64,000 nucleotides of DNA from Vicugna vicugna. Taxonomy: Eukaryota. The notes below the pieces were generated by a model, which saw only the letters and a program-made list of their open reading frames with translations, was not told the DNA's origin and searched no databases. The stretch covers positions 560,207 through 624,206 of the forward strand of contig MU057597.1 of assembly GCA_013265495.1 (NCBI GenBank). Direction: 5' to 3'. Position 1 is the stretch's first letter. Each line of letters opens with the position of its first letter. Positions 24,807 to 37,300 of this stretch are shown here, piece after piece. A program made the position numbers and the translations under genes.

Positions 24807-26929
24807 ATTTTCTTTTTAACATTTTTTATTGATTTATAATCATTTTACAATGTTGTGTCAAATTCCAATGTAGAGCACAATTTTTTCAGTTATACATGAA
24901 CATATATATACTCATTGCCACATTTTTTTCTCTGTGAGCTACCATAAGATCTTGTATATATTTCCCTGTGCTATACTGTATAATCTTGTTTATCTATTCT
25001 ACAATTTTGTGATCCCTTCTATCCCTTCCCACCCTCCGCCCCCTAGGCAACCACAAGTTTGTATTCTATGTCTATGAGTCTGTTTCTGTTTTGTATTTAT
25101 GCTTTGTTTGTTTTTGGTTTTTTTTTTTTTATTTGATTACACATATGAGCAATCTCATATGGTATTTTTCTTTCTCTTTCTGGCTTACTTCACTTAGAAT
25201 GACATTCTCCAGGAGCATCCATGTTGCTGCAAATGGCGTTGTCTGTTTTTATGGCTGAGTAGTATTCCATTGTATAAATATACCACTTCTTTATCCAGTC
25301 ATCCGTTGATGGACATTTAGGCTGTTTCCACATCTTGGCTATTGTAAATATCGCTGCTGTGAACACTGGGGTGCAGGTGTCATTTTGAAGTAGGGTTCCA
25401 TCTGGCTATATGTGCAGGAGCGGGATTCCTGGGTCATATGGTAAGTCTATTCCTAGTCTTTTGAGGAATCTCCATACTGTTTTCCACAGTGGCTGCACCA
25501 AACTGCATTCCCACCAGTAGTGTAGGAGGGTTCCCCTTTCTCCACAGCCTCTCCAGCATTTGTCATTTGTGGATTTTTGAATGATGGCCATTCTGACTGG
25601 TGTGAGGTGATACCTCATTGTAGTTTTGATTTGCATTTCTCTGATAATTAGTGATATTGAGCATTTTTTCATGTGCATATTGATCATTTGTATGTCTTCC
25701 TTGGAGAATTGCTTGTTTAGGTCTTCTGCCCATTTTTGAATTGGGTTGTTTGTTTTTTTCTTGTTAAGTCGTATGAGCTGCTTATATATTCTGGAGATCA
25801 AGCCTTTGTCACTTTCATTTGTAAAAATTTTCTCCCATTCTGGAGGTTTTCGTGCAGAAGCTTGTAAGTTTCATTAGGTCCCATTTGTTGATTCTTGCTT
25901 TCATTTCTATCGCTTGAGAAGACTGTTCTAGGAGAACATTTTTGAGATGTATGTCAGATAATGTTTTGCCTATATTTTCTTCTAGGAGGTTTATTGTACC
26001 TTGTCTTATGTTTAAGTCTTTGATCCATTTTGAGTTTATTTATGTGTATGGTGTAAGGGAGTGTTCTAGATTCACTGCTTTACATGCTGCTGTCCTGTTT
26101 TCCCAACACCATTTACTGAAGAGACTGTCTTTATTCCATTGTATATTATTGCCTTCTTTGTCAAAGATTAGTTGACCAAAAGTATGTGGGTTCATTTCAG
26201 TTCTCTGTTCTGTTCCATTGGTCTTTATGTCTGTTTTTGTACCAATACTATGGTGTCTTCTTGACTATAGCTCTGTACTTTGTCTTAAGTCTGGGAGATT
26301 TATTCCTCCAGCCTCTTTCTTTCTCTTCAGTAATGCTCTGGCAATTCTAGTTCTTTTGGGTTTCCATATAAATTTTATTATGATTAGTTCTAGTTCTGTG
26401 AAATGTGTCCTTGTTAATTTGATAGGGATTGCATTAAATCTGTAGATTGCCTTGGGAAATGTGACCATTTTCATGATATTGATTCCTCTCATCCCGGAAC
26501 ATGGGATATGTTTCCATTTTTTAAAGTCTTCTTTAATTTCCTTTGTCTATGGTTTACAGATTTCTGTGTATAAGTCTGTAACCTCTTTGGTTAGATTTAT
26601 TCCTAGGTATTTTATTACTTTGGGTGCTATTTTAATGGGGATTTTTTCCTTTAATTTATTTTTCTGTTGCTTCATCATTAGTGTAAATAAATGCAAATGA
26701 TTTTTGAACGTTAATCTTGTAACCTGCTACCTTGCTCAATTCTTCGATCAGCTCTAATAGGTTTTGTGTGGATCTTTTAGCATTTTCTATGTATAATAAC
26801 ATGTCATTAGCATATAGTGACACTTTCACCTCTTCTTATCCAATTTGGATCCCTTTTATTTCTCTCTCTTGCTTGATTGCTGTGGCTAGGGCTTCCAAGA
26901 CTATGTTGCATAGGAATAGTGATAGTGGC
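24807..26929 (-). mobile_element. 5'-truncated young L1 (ORF2 3' part and 3' UTR)
   Basis: ORF2 C-terminal translations near-identical to 61100-63240. Confidence 0.95.
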
Positions 26930-27557
26930 AGCTTTGTCTAGACAGCTAATGCCTTTTATTATTTATTGAGATGATTTTAAAGATCTTATTTAGCCCCAGA
27001 CATGCAGTTTTAAGGGGGCTGTGATTCTGAATTTGGTAAAGAAAGTCCTTCTGTCAATCTGTGTTTAAAGAGAGCTCTTTCTCTCCCCTGCCCTTTAGTT
27101 CCCGGTTTTACTGACTGAGCTAAGCTGGGTTAATGTGGGCTGTGTTTACATTTCAAAAGATAAGATCAATAACTTGAAGGGACAAAGATAGTGTAAGTTT
27201 TCTCCTAGGAGTTTTGGAGAATTTTTGTCTATTACCATAAGATGTAGGGTAGATTTTATTTAATTGTTTCCCTTTGTAAATACAGGAAAAATATGCTGCA
27301 ATATCCTGATCTTTTACAATACCTATAAGCATTTTGAGTGGAATTGGGGTGGGCTTGGGGTTGGAAGATTTAAATGGGCCTTGATTTGTTTCTAGTTGCA
27401 TTTCTAGTTTTGTGGAGATTTTTCAATAAAGACAGTTGTTTCTACTAGCCCTTGAATATTGGCTTCCAGCAGATCAATTTCTTGATAATTTGTAGAAGGG
27501 CCTGGGTAATGGCTGAGGAGACAAGTTAATGTTTTCCTCTTTTCAGAAGGAAAATTG

Positions 27558-28125
27558 ATGTTGGATATATAGTTTAAATCTAAGTTCTTGCATCTCAATA
27601 AGGGATTCCCTAAGGCTAGTCATTGCCAATAAAAATTGACACTTACCATCTGCGTCTACAAGGATTGGGTCATCTTGGCACTTGCCACCTACCTCTGCTT
27701 GGATTAGGCCATGAACTGCTGCAGCTGCTGACATCCAACACCTTCTGAAAGGTGTTGAGGCTGGAGATCAGGAATGGGGCGCTCTGTGCTCTGGGAAAAC
27801 GGGCAGAACAGTCCTTCAGAGAGTTAGATGTTTTCAGGAGATTTTAGAAGCCCAAATTCTTGCATCTCCTCAAATCTAGAAAGACACTAAAGTCATTTAT
27901 GGTGACTCTGCTCCTTGTGACTAGCAGCAATCTTCTGTCTTAAGTGTGTGCTTGACCTCACATACCCCTCTTCACTAAAATCATCATACTGAGCTCCTCC
28001 CTGCCTCTTTGGAGCCATTCCTCAGAGCTATCTGAAATGCCATCTCCCTGGCTATAGTCCTCATTTTACCCCACATAAAATTTTACCCACAGCTCTGATG
28101 TTGTGTGCTTTTATTTCATTCGACA
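27558..28125 (+). mobile_element. Nested ERV1 solo LTR
   Basis: TGTTGGATAT...TTCGACA; interrupts homology with 46800-46850. Confidence 0.65.
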
Positions 28126-29444
28126 TCATTTTACTTTCTCCCACTTTCAATTTGATCATTGTACTAATATGGCAGTTGTAATTATAATGAGGGCTCCTAA
28201 AGGTTTTCCTTACATATTGCCAGTTTGAAGGATCCATTTCTGTCCATTAACTACTGGAATCTTGTTTTCAAAGCAATGGAAACTAATAAACATTTTTATA
28301 GCTTAACCAAAGATGCAAAAGTTATCTCACTGGAGATGATATAGCCTTCATAAGATCCAGAAAATTCACTCCCAGGGTTAGTCTAAGAAAGTAAAATTCC
28401 TTCATTGGTACAGATGTTAACAATGTATTGAAAAAGCTGTCTCCAGTTTCCCATGGGTATGTGATGTGCCTTTAGTCCTAGACATGCAATTCTGAGACCC
28501 TACGGGGCATTGATGGAATGAGGCTTTTCTAGTGCATTCAAGGGAATGAGGGTTGGTTAGGCAAACGTCCCTTTTGAACTGAGACCCCTTGTAAGCATCC
28601 TTGTGGAATTGGAATGGCTGGACACAGGGTGTGTCTGTGACTTTTTGTCTTCGATCTTCTGCCTGGATGAGTGATCAGCAAATACACTCCGTAAGTTCAA
28701 CTTCCAGTTGGCAGAGACCAGAGGATATATTCTCACTTGTCATAAAGCCAAACACTGAGGACATAGAACAAAATAACAGCAACATCAAAAACCATCTGGA
28801 TTTTACCTGGGAGAACCACAGTAAAATTGGTCTTTATTGACGCCAGTCTAATGAGAAATATTTCACGAATCTATGGTTCTGTTAAAATAGAAGGCTTGTA
28901 AAGTGCCTCTGCCTTCTGCTGTATGGTCCTTCCTCTTTATGACAGATGAACCAACAGATAGAAACAAAGGGAAACAGTGACCATTTGTAGGAAGGAAAAT
29001 AATTAAAAGAAAAAAAAAAAGAGAGTACTCATTTACAAAAACCGAAGTAACTGCCCTAAGGAACTGGCTACAAAATATTTTCCCTGGCTAACCTAAAATT
29101 AGATACGGAAAGGACCCTCACCACTTTCCCTCAGCAGACCCTGTGGGCAGAGGTCTGGGAGGCTGACAAGGTAAGAAACCTCATCTCTTGTTGGCCTTGT
29201 CAATATCTCAGGATGTAAAAGCTGCAGCTGCCTGGAGGCAGGGAATTGGGTCCAGCCAGTCTCCTTACTGGCTAAACACCTGTTCAGGAGGAGGAAATAT
29301 CCCCGCTATTTCTATTGAGGTTTGGTGGCTGGTCTAATAATAAAATTAATACAATATAAGTTAACAGGAGTAAAAGATTTAATTTGTGTCTACAAAGATC
29401 TCATAGACAAAGACCTAATGACTAATGACATGGTATTGATTAGT

Positions 29445-29549
29445 TTTCTTTTCTTTCTTTTCTTTTAGTGAAGATCCTGGGAATTGAACCCAGAACCTTG
29501 TGCATGCTAGCTAGCCATGTGCTCTACCACAGAGCTATACCCACCCCCT
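29445..29549 (-). mobile_element. Camelid tRNA-derived SINE
   Basis: CTGGGAATTGAACCCAGAACC...GCTCTACCACAGAGCTATACCC with T-rich tail. Confidence 0.85.
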
Positions 29550-30185
29550 GGTTCTTATTTAGTCAAAGATTTACACATAATTGGCTTGAGAAGTACATTA
29601 TTAAAGAAGTCACAAGATCTGTTTATACAGGCTTCTCAGCGCTGAATTACCTGCCTTTAGTGATGAAGATGTCTTTCAACATCCAGAAGAGGGAGGGCAC
29701 ATTTCACATGGGAAATATATTTTCGGCTTTTAGGGAGATAGGGGAGAATCAAAGTGTCCCTCTTGCATTGGCCATTTTTTAAGTAACCTTAATTTAAAAT
29801 CATCCATATGCTGTTAAGGAATCAATTATGTCTCCATATAGGGGCAGACTTCTCTGGGTCTCAAGAAGTTCTAGATAGCTTATCAGTAATCTGCAGATGG
29901 TTTCCACAGCTGCAGATTAAACAATGTATAAACTTGGAATGCCTCCACTAAAATTATTAATAATTATTGAGTTAGATATTTATGACCTTGATAAATGCAT
30001 CTCATTACTATTATCATTGCTATGGATGCTGACATTCATTTAGGAGCAAAAATATTTACCTCTCTCTTGTAAACTGAGTCATAAATGTCATATTTCATGA
30101 GATTTAGGGATAAACAATGAATCATTGTCAATATGCCTGTAATTTACATATTTGTGATAGATTTCTCTGATTTTTGTATTTTATT

Positions 30186-31085
30186 CTAGTGAAAGCAGAT
30201 CTGAGGTACTCTGGAGTCATGGATCATGAGAATGTAGGGGCTGACAGCCGGGAAACATGCAGTGATCAGGGCAGCAGTGTTCTTTAACCAGAAACTAGGA
30301 TTGTTAAAAACTGCCAAACAAATGTGTAAGGTACCAGAAAGTGTCCACAAAGAAATGAAGAAGCACATCATGACAAGGATGCTTTGGGTAGCTGCAGTTT
30401 CAGGGGAGGTTCTAGGAGACTGATTGTTCCTGTGAATGTACTGGACACGCTGCCTGTGCCTGTGCAGGATAAAAACCATGGACCCACTGGCCCAGACCAT
30501 CAGCACCAAATAGATACCATCATGGAGTAATACTATTGGCACATAGAGTGACTTGGTGATTTTACAACAATTTAATGCATAACAGTAGCCATGATCTATG
30601 TTGCTTAAGGTGATTGTATTGTTTATTCTGTTAGTTATATGGAAAGGAACCAAAATATTTAGCATCATGGTCAAGATCCAGCAGAGGATATTGGAGATGC
30701 CCATGTACCTGGGAGCTTTTACTTTAAGCTCTGCCAACCTGGAGCCACTGGGACTGATCATGATCACCTGAAAGATACTCAGGATGCAGGTGGTGCCCAT
30801 GGACACATCTCTGCCCATTCTGTGAATATAAAAAATAAATTTGCATCCAACATCGCTGAAGAAAATTTTCAACCCAAATGCTGTCAGTGTGTCAGGGATT
30901 CCTTTGGAAAGAAAGAGTAAGAGGTTGGCTGAAGCCATGTGCTTGAGAATCAAATCTGTGGACCTAAATCTGCCTCCTGTGAAGTGAAGGAAGAGAAAAT
31001 GATAAACAAGACAGAAATTCCCCAGAAGTCCTGCTATGGTCTGTAAGGAAATGACCACTCCTATTGCCAGCTGCTTGGTGGCCAT
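30186..31085 (-). CDS. VN1R4-like: Vomeronasal type-1 receptor, 299 aa, open ORF
   Basis: GLLGN, RSTDLILKH, GCKFIFYIHR, LHRHRQRVQYIH, CFPAVSPY. ATG at 31085; the track start at 31109 is GTG. Confidence 0.95.
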   Translation of the reverse strand: MATKQLAIGVVISLQTIAGLLGNFCLVYHFLFLHFTGGRFRSTDLILKHMASANLLLFLSKGIPDTLTAFGLKIFFSDVGCKFIFYIHRMGRDVSMGTTCILSIFQVIMISPSGSRLAELKVKAPRYMGISNILCWILTMMLNILVPFHITNRINNTITLSNIDHGYCYALNCCKITKSLYVPIVLLHDGIYLVLMVWASGSMVFILHRHRQRVQYIHRNNQSPRTSPETAATQSILVMMCFFISLWTLSGTLHICLAVFNNPSFWLKNTAALITACFPAVSPYILMIHDSRVPQICFH

Positions 31086-32753
31086 TCTGTCAAGTCCCAG
31101 GGAAGACACTCTTCTTCTGAGCTGGATATTCCTTTATGGAGGTACGAGGCACAGCGCCGTGTAGCATATCAATTAGTTTACCTTGCTTTTACTTCTAGTG
31201 GAGATCCTGAAATTGAAATGGATAGTTCATTCAATATTCTTCACTTATATCAGTTCCCCCTGAATGATAATTATTCCTCGTTCTTTCTTTTAATCGGGTG
31301 TCTGAGAGATGAATATGTAACAGTGAAAGAGCTTTACAAAATATGGCTCCCTATGTAAAAGTATTGCATGTAATACATTCTGTGTTCTTCATAATGTCAT
31401 GCGAGGGTCAGTACTAGTATTTTCATTGAAAACATAAGGAGCACTTAGGCAGATCAGGCTTAATGATTTTTACAGATTTAAAACCCTTTATCATAATATG
31501 TGGAGATTAGATCCTTGCTAGATTGGTAAACTAATAGTGCATTTAAACACAATGATATTTTAACAAAGCTAGTTATTTATTTTCCTGTAAAATACTAATG
31601 TATATTAATATTTTCCCATACGTTTGTCATTTCACTCATGGTTTGCTGGTATGTTTTCAGTATATTTATAGTAAGACATTTCCATTTATCTTTATATATT
31701 CAACATATATGTCAGTATTGATTATGGTTAAAATGGAAATATCTTAACAAAATTTAGATATGTTGATTGTAGTATAATTCTCGGGAACTGCTCCCTGTAA
31801 AACTGTATTTTTAAAATGCACTGTAAGCTTTCTGTTTTGGAAACAGAAACACTACCTTGCTTTTATGAAAGAAGTGGAATGACTTCTATTAGAGGAATCA
31901 CTGAAGACTATGTCATACCCTGAACTAGGACACCTGAAACAGCAATATGTGATGAAGTAGTGTGGTCTGGAAGATGAATATTACTAATTCAACTCACAAA
32001 ATAATCTGTTAATTAGCAGGAAATTCAATGTATTAAGAGTAACTGAAGGTTTTTGAAACATTAATGTATCACATATTTAGCAAATACAAATACTAAGATT
32101 TGATATATTTTTCCTGTAGAAAATGAAATTGCAGAGTTTCAAAGATAAGAAATTTTATAAACCAGAACATAGGCCACGTTATACTTTCATATTGATAGCT
32201 CTTGTCTGAAAACCATTTTTGCATTTACCTTTGCTTTACATTTCTCTTCTTGAATGTAATGGAAAATGGGCTGGCAAAAATCAATAAATGATCGATGTTT
32301 TCATTAGGAAACAATGTCTCCATTAAGCACTTTTTACACACAGAAGAAGAGAAAATGTTTTTATTCCAGCAGTTGTCATTGGCATACAGTACTTGTATAA
32401 AAGAGTTGATCATTCCTGTAAATTTATTCTAGATTTTATGAAACATAGAGATGGTATTGACACACCTGGATACCTCAAAAATGTACCCTCTGATTACTCT
32501 GATGTAACCTGTTTACAGAGGCATTTCTGAATTACAATCATCAGTTACATTTAAAATCAGGTTTCATATCATTTGGATTAAACAGTTACAATCACTGTCA
32601 TTAGGAAGCAATAGAAATTGAGGGCTGGTCTAGCATCCCCTTCTCCCTTTAATAGCTCCCTTTAGTTCTTGGATTTATCCTTTCTTACTGTTTTCCTATG
32701 GCAGTAGACCAATTTCAACATGAACAGTTCTTTTTTCCTGTATGATCACTTAC

Positions 32754-33025
32754 CTAGTTTTCTGATACCCCTCATTTGTTGCAGATTCTTGCTCTAAGAC
32801 TGAAATAGGAAATACTCGTTTCTCTTCCTCTGGTTGCCTGGAGAGTGGATTCAGTGTGCTGGTCACAGCAGCCTGCTCCTATGGCAGGAAGGGAGGAAGC
32901 TGGACTCCAAGATATGGGATGTGATGCTGTGACCTCCCCTCTCCTCCCTTCAGAATTGCAATTATCTTTTCACCTGTAATTTCAATGTGAGACAGGCTTG
33001 GGGACCTGAAAACATTTGTGAAAAA
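32754..33025 (-). promoter_or_regulatory. V1R promoter block and non-coding exon 1 (gene at 31085)
   Basis: Core at 32958-32978; donor AG|GTAAGT at 32753; acceptor TTTCAG|GATC with exon starting at 31206. Confidence 0.75.
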
Positions 33026-34019
33026 ATTATTTCCCAGTTGCTAATTATCAAAAGACAATTAAAAGTTTGTAGTTATCTTCTCCAAGGAAGTACTGCAATT
33101 AAAGAAAAGCTCTTTTTTGCCTTGATCCTGGGAGGCAGACAGGAACTCAAATGGGAGCAGCAGTAAATCCTGAGGTGTGACACATGAAGACCTTTCAGGG
33201 AATTTCATGTGTCTTCTTGTATATTGTGCTCCCCTGAGAAGTGTTTCTACTCAAAATGAGTTGTTTCCTAGTGTTGAGTTGAGTTCAGTTCCACTGAACT
33301 GTGCCTTCCTTTAGGTTATGCGTAGGAATATGAAACCAAACAAAGAACCTTACCAGGATTTCCAAAGAAGTAAAAGGAAGAACATGATGCAATAATTTAT
33401 TTTGGACCATAGCACTTACATAGAAAGCATCGGGCATTTTTTGCTCAACTAATCTAATCATTTTCAGTTATTTGGAAATCTAGGTGATATGGAAAATTTC
33501 TAGCAAATTACACTTCATGAAGAGTGACTTTTTCCTTCTCCCAAGTTTGGTGATAGAACGTCTAAACAGAAGAATATCCACTTGTAATAACCTCTAATGA
33601 AAAAATTGAAAATGAATGTAGGTATGTATATATAGTTCTATACACCAGAAATTGACACATTGTAACTGACAGTACTTCAATTTAAAAAAAAGAATATCCA
33701 TTTATCGATGGAAATATATAGATGTGTTTCTCACCTATAAAAGCACCGAGATCAGATGGTTAAAAAGGCCAATTTTAGAGTTTCTTGCCTATCACATAAG
33801 TCAGTGTTACCTCCTTACCTCAAGAGCAAAGAGCATTTGTCAGCAATATAAGGCAAAATGAGGATCACCCAAATTAAGAATCAAAACTTTGATCTGTGTC
33901 ATTGAGAAACAGGAGAAAGTTCCTTAAGTTTGAAAGGGCACATTGTCACATTTTGGTCCTGCAAGTCCTTGCCCATAGCCCGAAGCTCGGGGAGTCACAT
34001 GTGATCATCAAATGTTGAT

Positions 34020-34890
34020 ATTATTAGAGAGACTGTCTTTTCTCCACTGTATTTTCTTACCTCCTCTTTCATAGATTAATTGACCAGAGGTGTCTGGGTT
34101 TATTTCAGGGTGTTTATTGTGTTCTGTTGATCTATATGTCTGTTTTTGTGCTAGCACCAGGCTGATGTGATGAGTGTTGGTTTGTAGTACAGTTGGAAGT
34201 TTAGGAGTGTATAACCTCCAACTTTGTTCTTTTTCTGAAGATTGCTTTGGCTGTTTAGGGTCATTTTAGATTCTATATAAGTTTTAGCATAATTTGTTCT
34301 AGTTCTGTGGAACGTCATGGGTACTAAGGATTGCATTAAATCTGTACATTGCATCGGGTGGTAAGGCAATTTTAACATTATTTCAATCCAAGAACATGAG
34401 AGTCTTTCCATTTCTTTGTGTCATTTGTAAATTCTTTGATCAGTGTTTCAGTAGGCAGAGTATAGGTGTTTCATCTCATTGCATTTTCATCTCATAAGTA
34501 TTTCTGAGCAATTTTAAGTGGAATTGTTTTTTGCTTTTGCTTTCTGGTAATTTAATTTTAGCATATAGATGAGCAACAAATATTTGTATATTAATCTTGT
34601 ATCCTAGATCTTTACTGAATTCATCATTGTTCTAATCCATTTTGGGTGGAGGCTTTAGGGTTTTCTATAGAATGTATCATGTCATCAGCAAATAATGACA
34701 GGTTTACTTTTCCCTTCCAATATGCATGCTTCTTATTTCCTGTTGATTTCTGATTTCTGTGACTAGGACTTCCAATTATTTATTCCATAGAAGAAGTGAG
34801 AGTGAGCTTGTTGTATTGTTCCTGATTTAAAGAAATGATTTTCGCTTTTCACTGTTGAATTTTTCCTTAGCTGTGGGTTTTTAATAAGTG
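34020..34890 (-). mobile_element. Older L1 ORF2 fragment
   Basis: Degenerate ORF2 translations (CSWI..., LYYK...SAWC). Confidence 0.8.
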
Positions 34891-34892
34891 TT

Positions 34893-35392
34893 TATCAACA
34901 GATGACTGGATAAAGAAAATGTGGTATATTTTTACAATGGAATACTACTCAGCTATAAAAACAGACAACATAACGTCATTTGCATCACCATGGATGCTCC
35001 TGGAGAACGTCATTCTAAGTGAAGTAAGCCAGAAAGAGAAAGTAAAGTATCATATGAGATCGCTCATATGTGGAATCTAAAAACAAACAATACAAACAAA
35101 GCATAAATACAAAACAGAAGCAGACTCATAGACATACAATACAAACTTGTGGTTACCAAGGGAGTGGGGGTGGGAAGGGATAGACTGGGATTTCAAAATG
35201 TAGAATAGATAAACAAGATTATACTGTACAGCACAGGGAAATATATACAAGATCTTATGGTAGCTCACAGAGAAAAAAATGTGACAATGAATATATACAT
35301 GTTCATGTATAGTTGAAAAATTGAGCTCTACACTGGAAATTGATACAACATTGTAAAATTACTATAAATCAATAAAAAATATTAAAAAAATA
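34893..35392 (+). mobile_element. Young L1 3' end
   Basis: Near-identical to 62738-63230. Confidence 0.93.
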
Positions 35393-35919
35393 AAGTTAAC
35401 TACTGAATTCTTATACACAACATTAAAACACCACTGTGAGAATAACAAAATACTATTCTCAATACTTGTTAAACACATAGTTCATGCAAAACAGGCATAC
35501 TGCAACATTAGCAATTAGTACACTGGGCTTACATTACATAATATATGCTAATATTAATGGTATATTAATCAAAATAACAATAATAAATATTTAGTAATCT
35601 TAGACAAATCCAGTCATAAATAATAAGCATTTATATTGTTAAATAGATATGTGTGTATATATATATATGTACATGTAGAGTCCAATTCTCAAGAATTCAC
35701 CTGTAAGAATAAAAGATTATTTCACATAATAATTTAATTCTTATTATATTTTTTAAAACAAATATTGTTTCATCTATTCTTACATTATAAAATTATAAGA
35801 ATCAAAGAAATTTAAGGAAGAGCACAGAATATGAGAAGTGTAAAATATGTTGGAAACCACTGATTTTGAAATAAGAGGTCCAGGTAAATATGTAATATTA
35901 TAGACATTAACAAAAGGAA

Positions 35920-37300
35920 AATGTGACATCAAAAATGACAAAGCAGGGAACTCCAAATGTATTTCCCCATATAACGGAAGAAATGAACTGACAAAAACTG
36001 TCAGAATCAACTTTATAAAAACTCTGGAAATTAACAAAAGGATTCCAGCAACAGGAAGACACTCAACCAAGAAAAAGGCAGCTGACGCCATCCCTGTTCC
36101 TCATCTGCAGTGGCCTTGAAGATGGCAGCCCACAAGCTGCTATAGGTTTCCAGGATGAGAGGTGACAGGACAGAACTTACAAACAATTTGGCTGTTTTTG
36201 TTTTTTTGTTTTTTGACCTGCCTGATGTTTCCCTGAAGGACTAGCTCAAAGTGCTAGCGTTCATTGGCCTGATTCAAACCCACACCTGGGTGGAAGTGCC
36301 ACAAGGAGGCTTTGTGGAAAACATTTAAAGGGGAATGTATTAGCCACGGCCACCTAGGACAATGTGTAACAACTGTGGCAAAGAACGGACAAGCCAAAAA
36401 CCCTGAGAAAAGCACTGGGGAGTGAGCTGCACTGGGAAATAGGCCTGTGAAAATCTCCCACACGTTCCATGGGATCAAGACAGATATGAGCAGGCCCAGG
36501 AATGGGAATATGAGAAACGAGCTGAAAAGCCCCTAAGCCGCTACCTGCAGCTGACCATCAGATTCTGTGCAAGCAGGAAGGGAAGGCTAAGGCAGGACTG
36601 TAAACTCTTGCTTAAGTTTTTAAGGCATTCTCCAGCACACAGAGCTCATCTACAAAGAGTGTAAGGTATTTTGTTTTGCTTTGGGTTTCAGGTATTTAAG
36701 GATATTTGTCCAGGCACTGACTGACCAATAAGCAAACCAAGACTTCAGTGGCCACCCAAGGCAGTGAAAAACATATTACACAAAATTAGCTGAGAGAAAT
36801 AAACACACAACAGCAGTCAGAAGAAACAACAACAAAATCTGTGGGTGGGGAAGGTGGATTATGATTTACAAACTCTCAACATATTCACAATATCCCTTTT
36901 TCTTAAACAAAAAGTTACAAAGCAGGCAAAGAAACAATAAAGTATGAATCATGCAGGAAAGTAAATAAATAGCATAAATTGTCCATAATGGAGCCCAAAC
37001 TTCAGACTTACTAAACAAATACTTTATATCAATTATTTAAGCTAAAAGGAATAGACAAAGAATTAATGAAAATAAGGAAAACACTGTTTAAACAAATAGA
37101 GAATATCAATAAAGTGACAGAGATTATGAAGAGAGGCTAAACAGAAATTTTGGAGCTGAAAGGGAAAATTACTCAAATGAAAAATTCCCTAGAGAGGTCC
37201 AACATCAGGTCTCATCAGGTAGAAGAGAGAATCAGCAAACCTGGAGGTACATCAGTTCAAATTACCCAGAGGAAGGAGCAGACAAAAAAAAGAAAGAATG
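35920..37300 (+). mobile_element. Old L1 5' UTR and ORF1 fragment
   Basis: LELKGKITQMKNSLE...VEERISK, ORF1 coiled-coil remnant at 37150. Confidence 0.7.

Larger units (their letters stand above)
26930..29865 (-). mobile_element. ERV1 (MER4/MER34-like) LTR remnant and internal sequence downstream of V1R 31085, with nested LTRs
   Basis: Reverse-complement homology to 45030-47450 and 53845-55200; degenerate PBS at 29261-29278. Confidence 0.75.
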
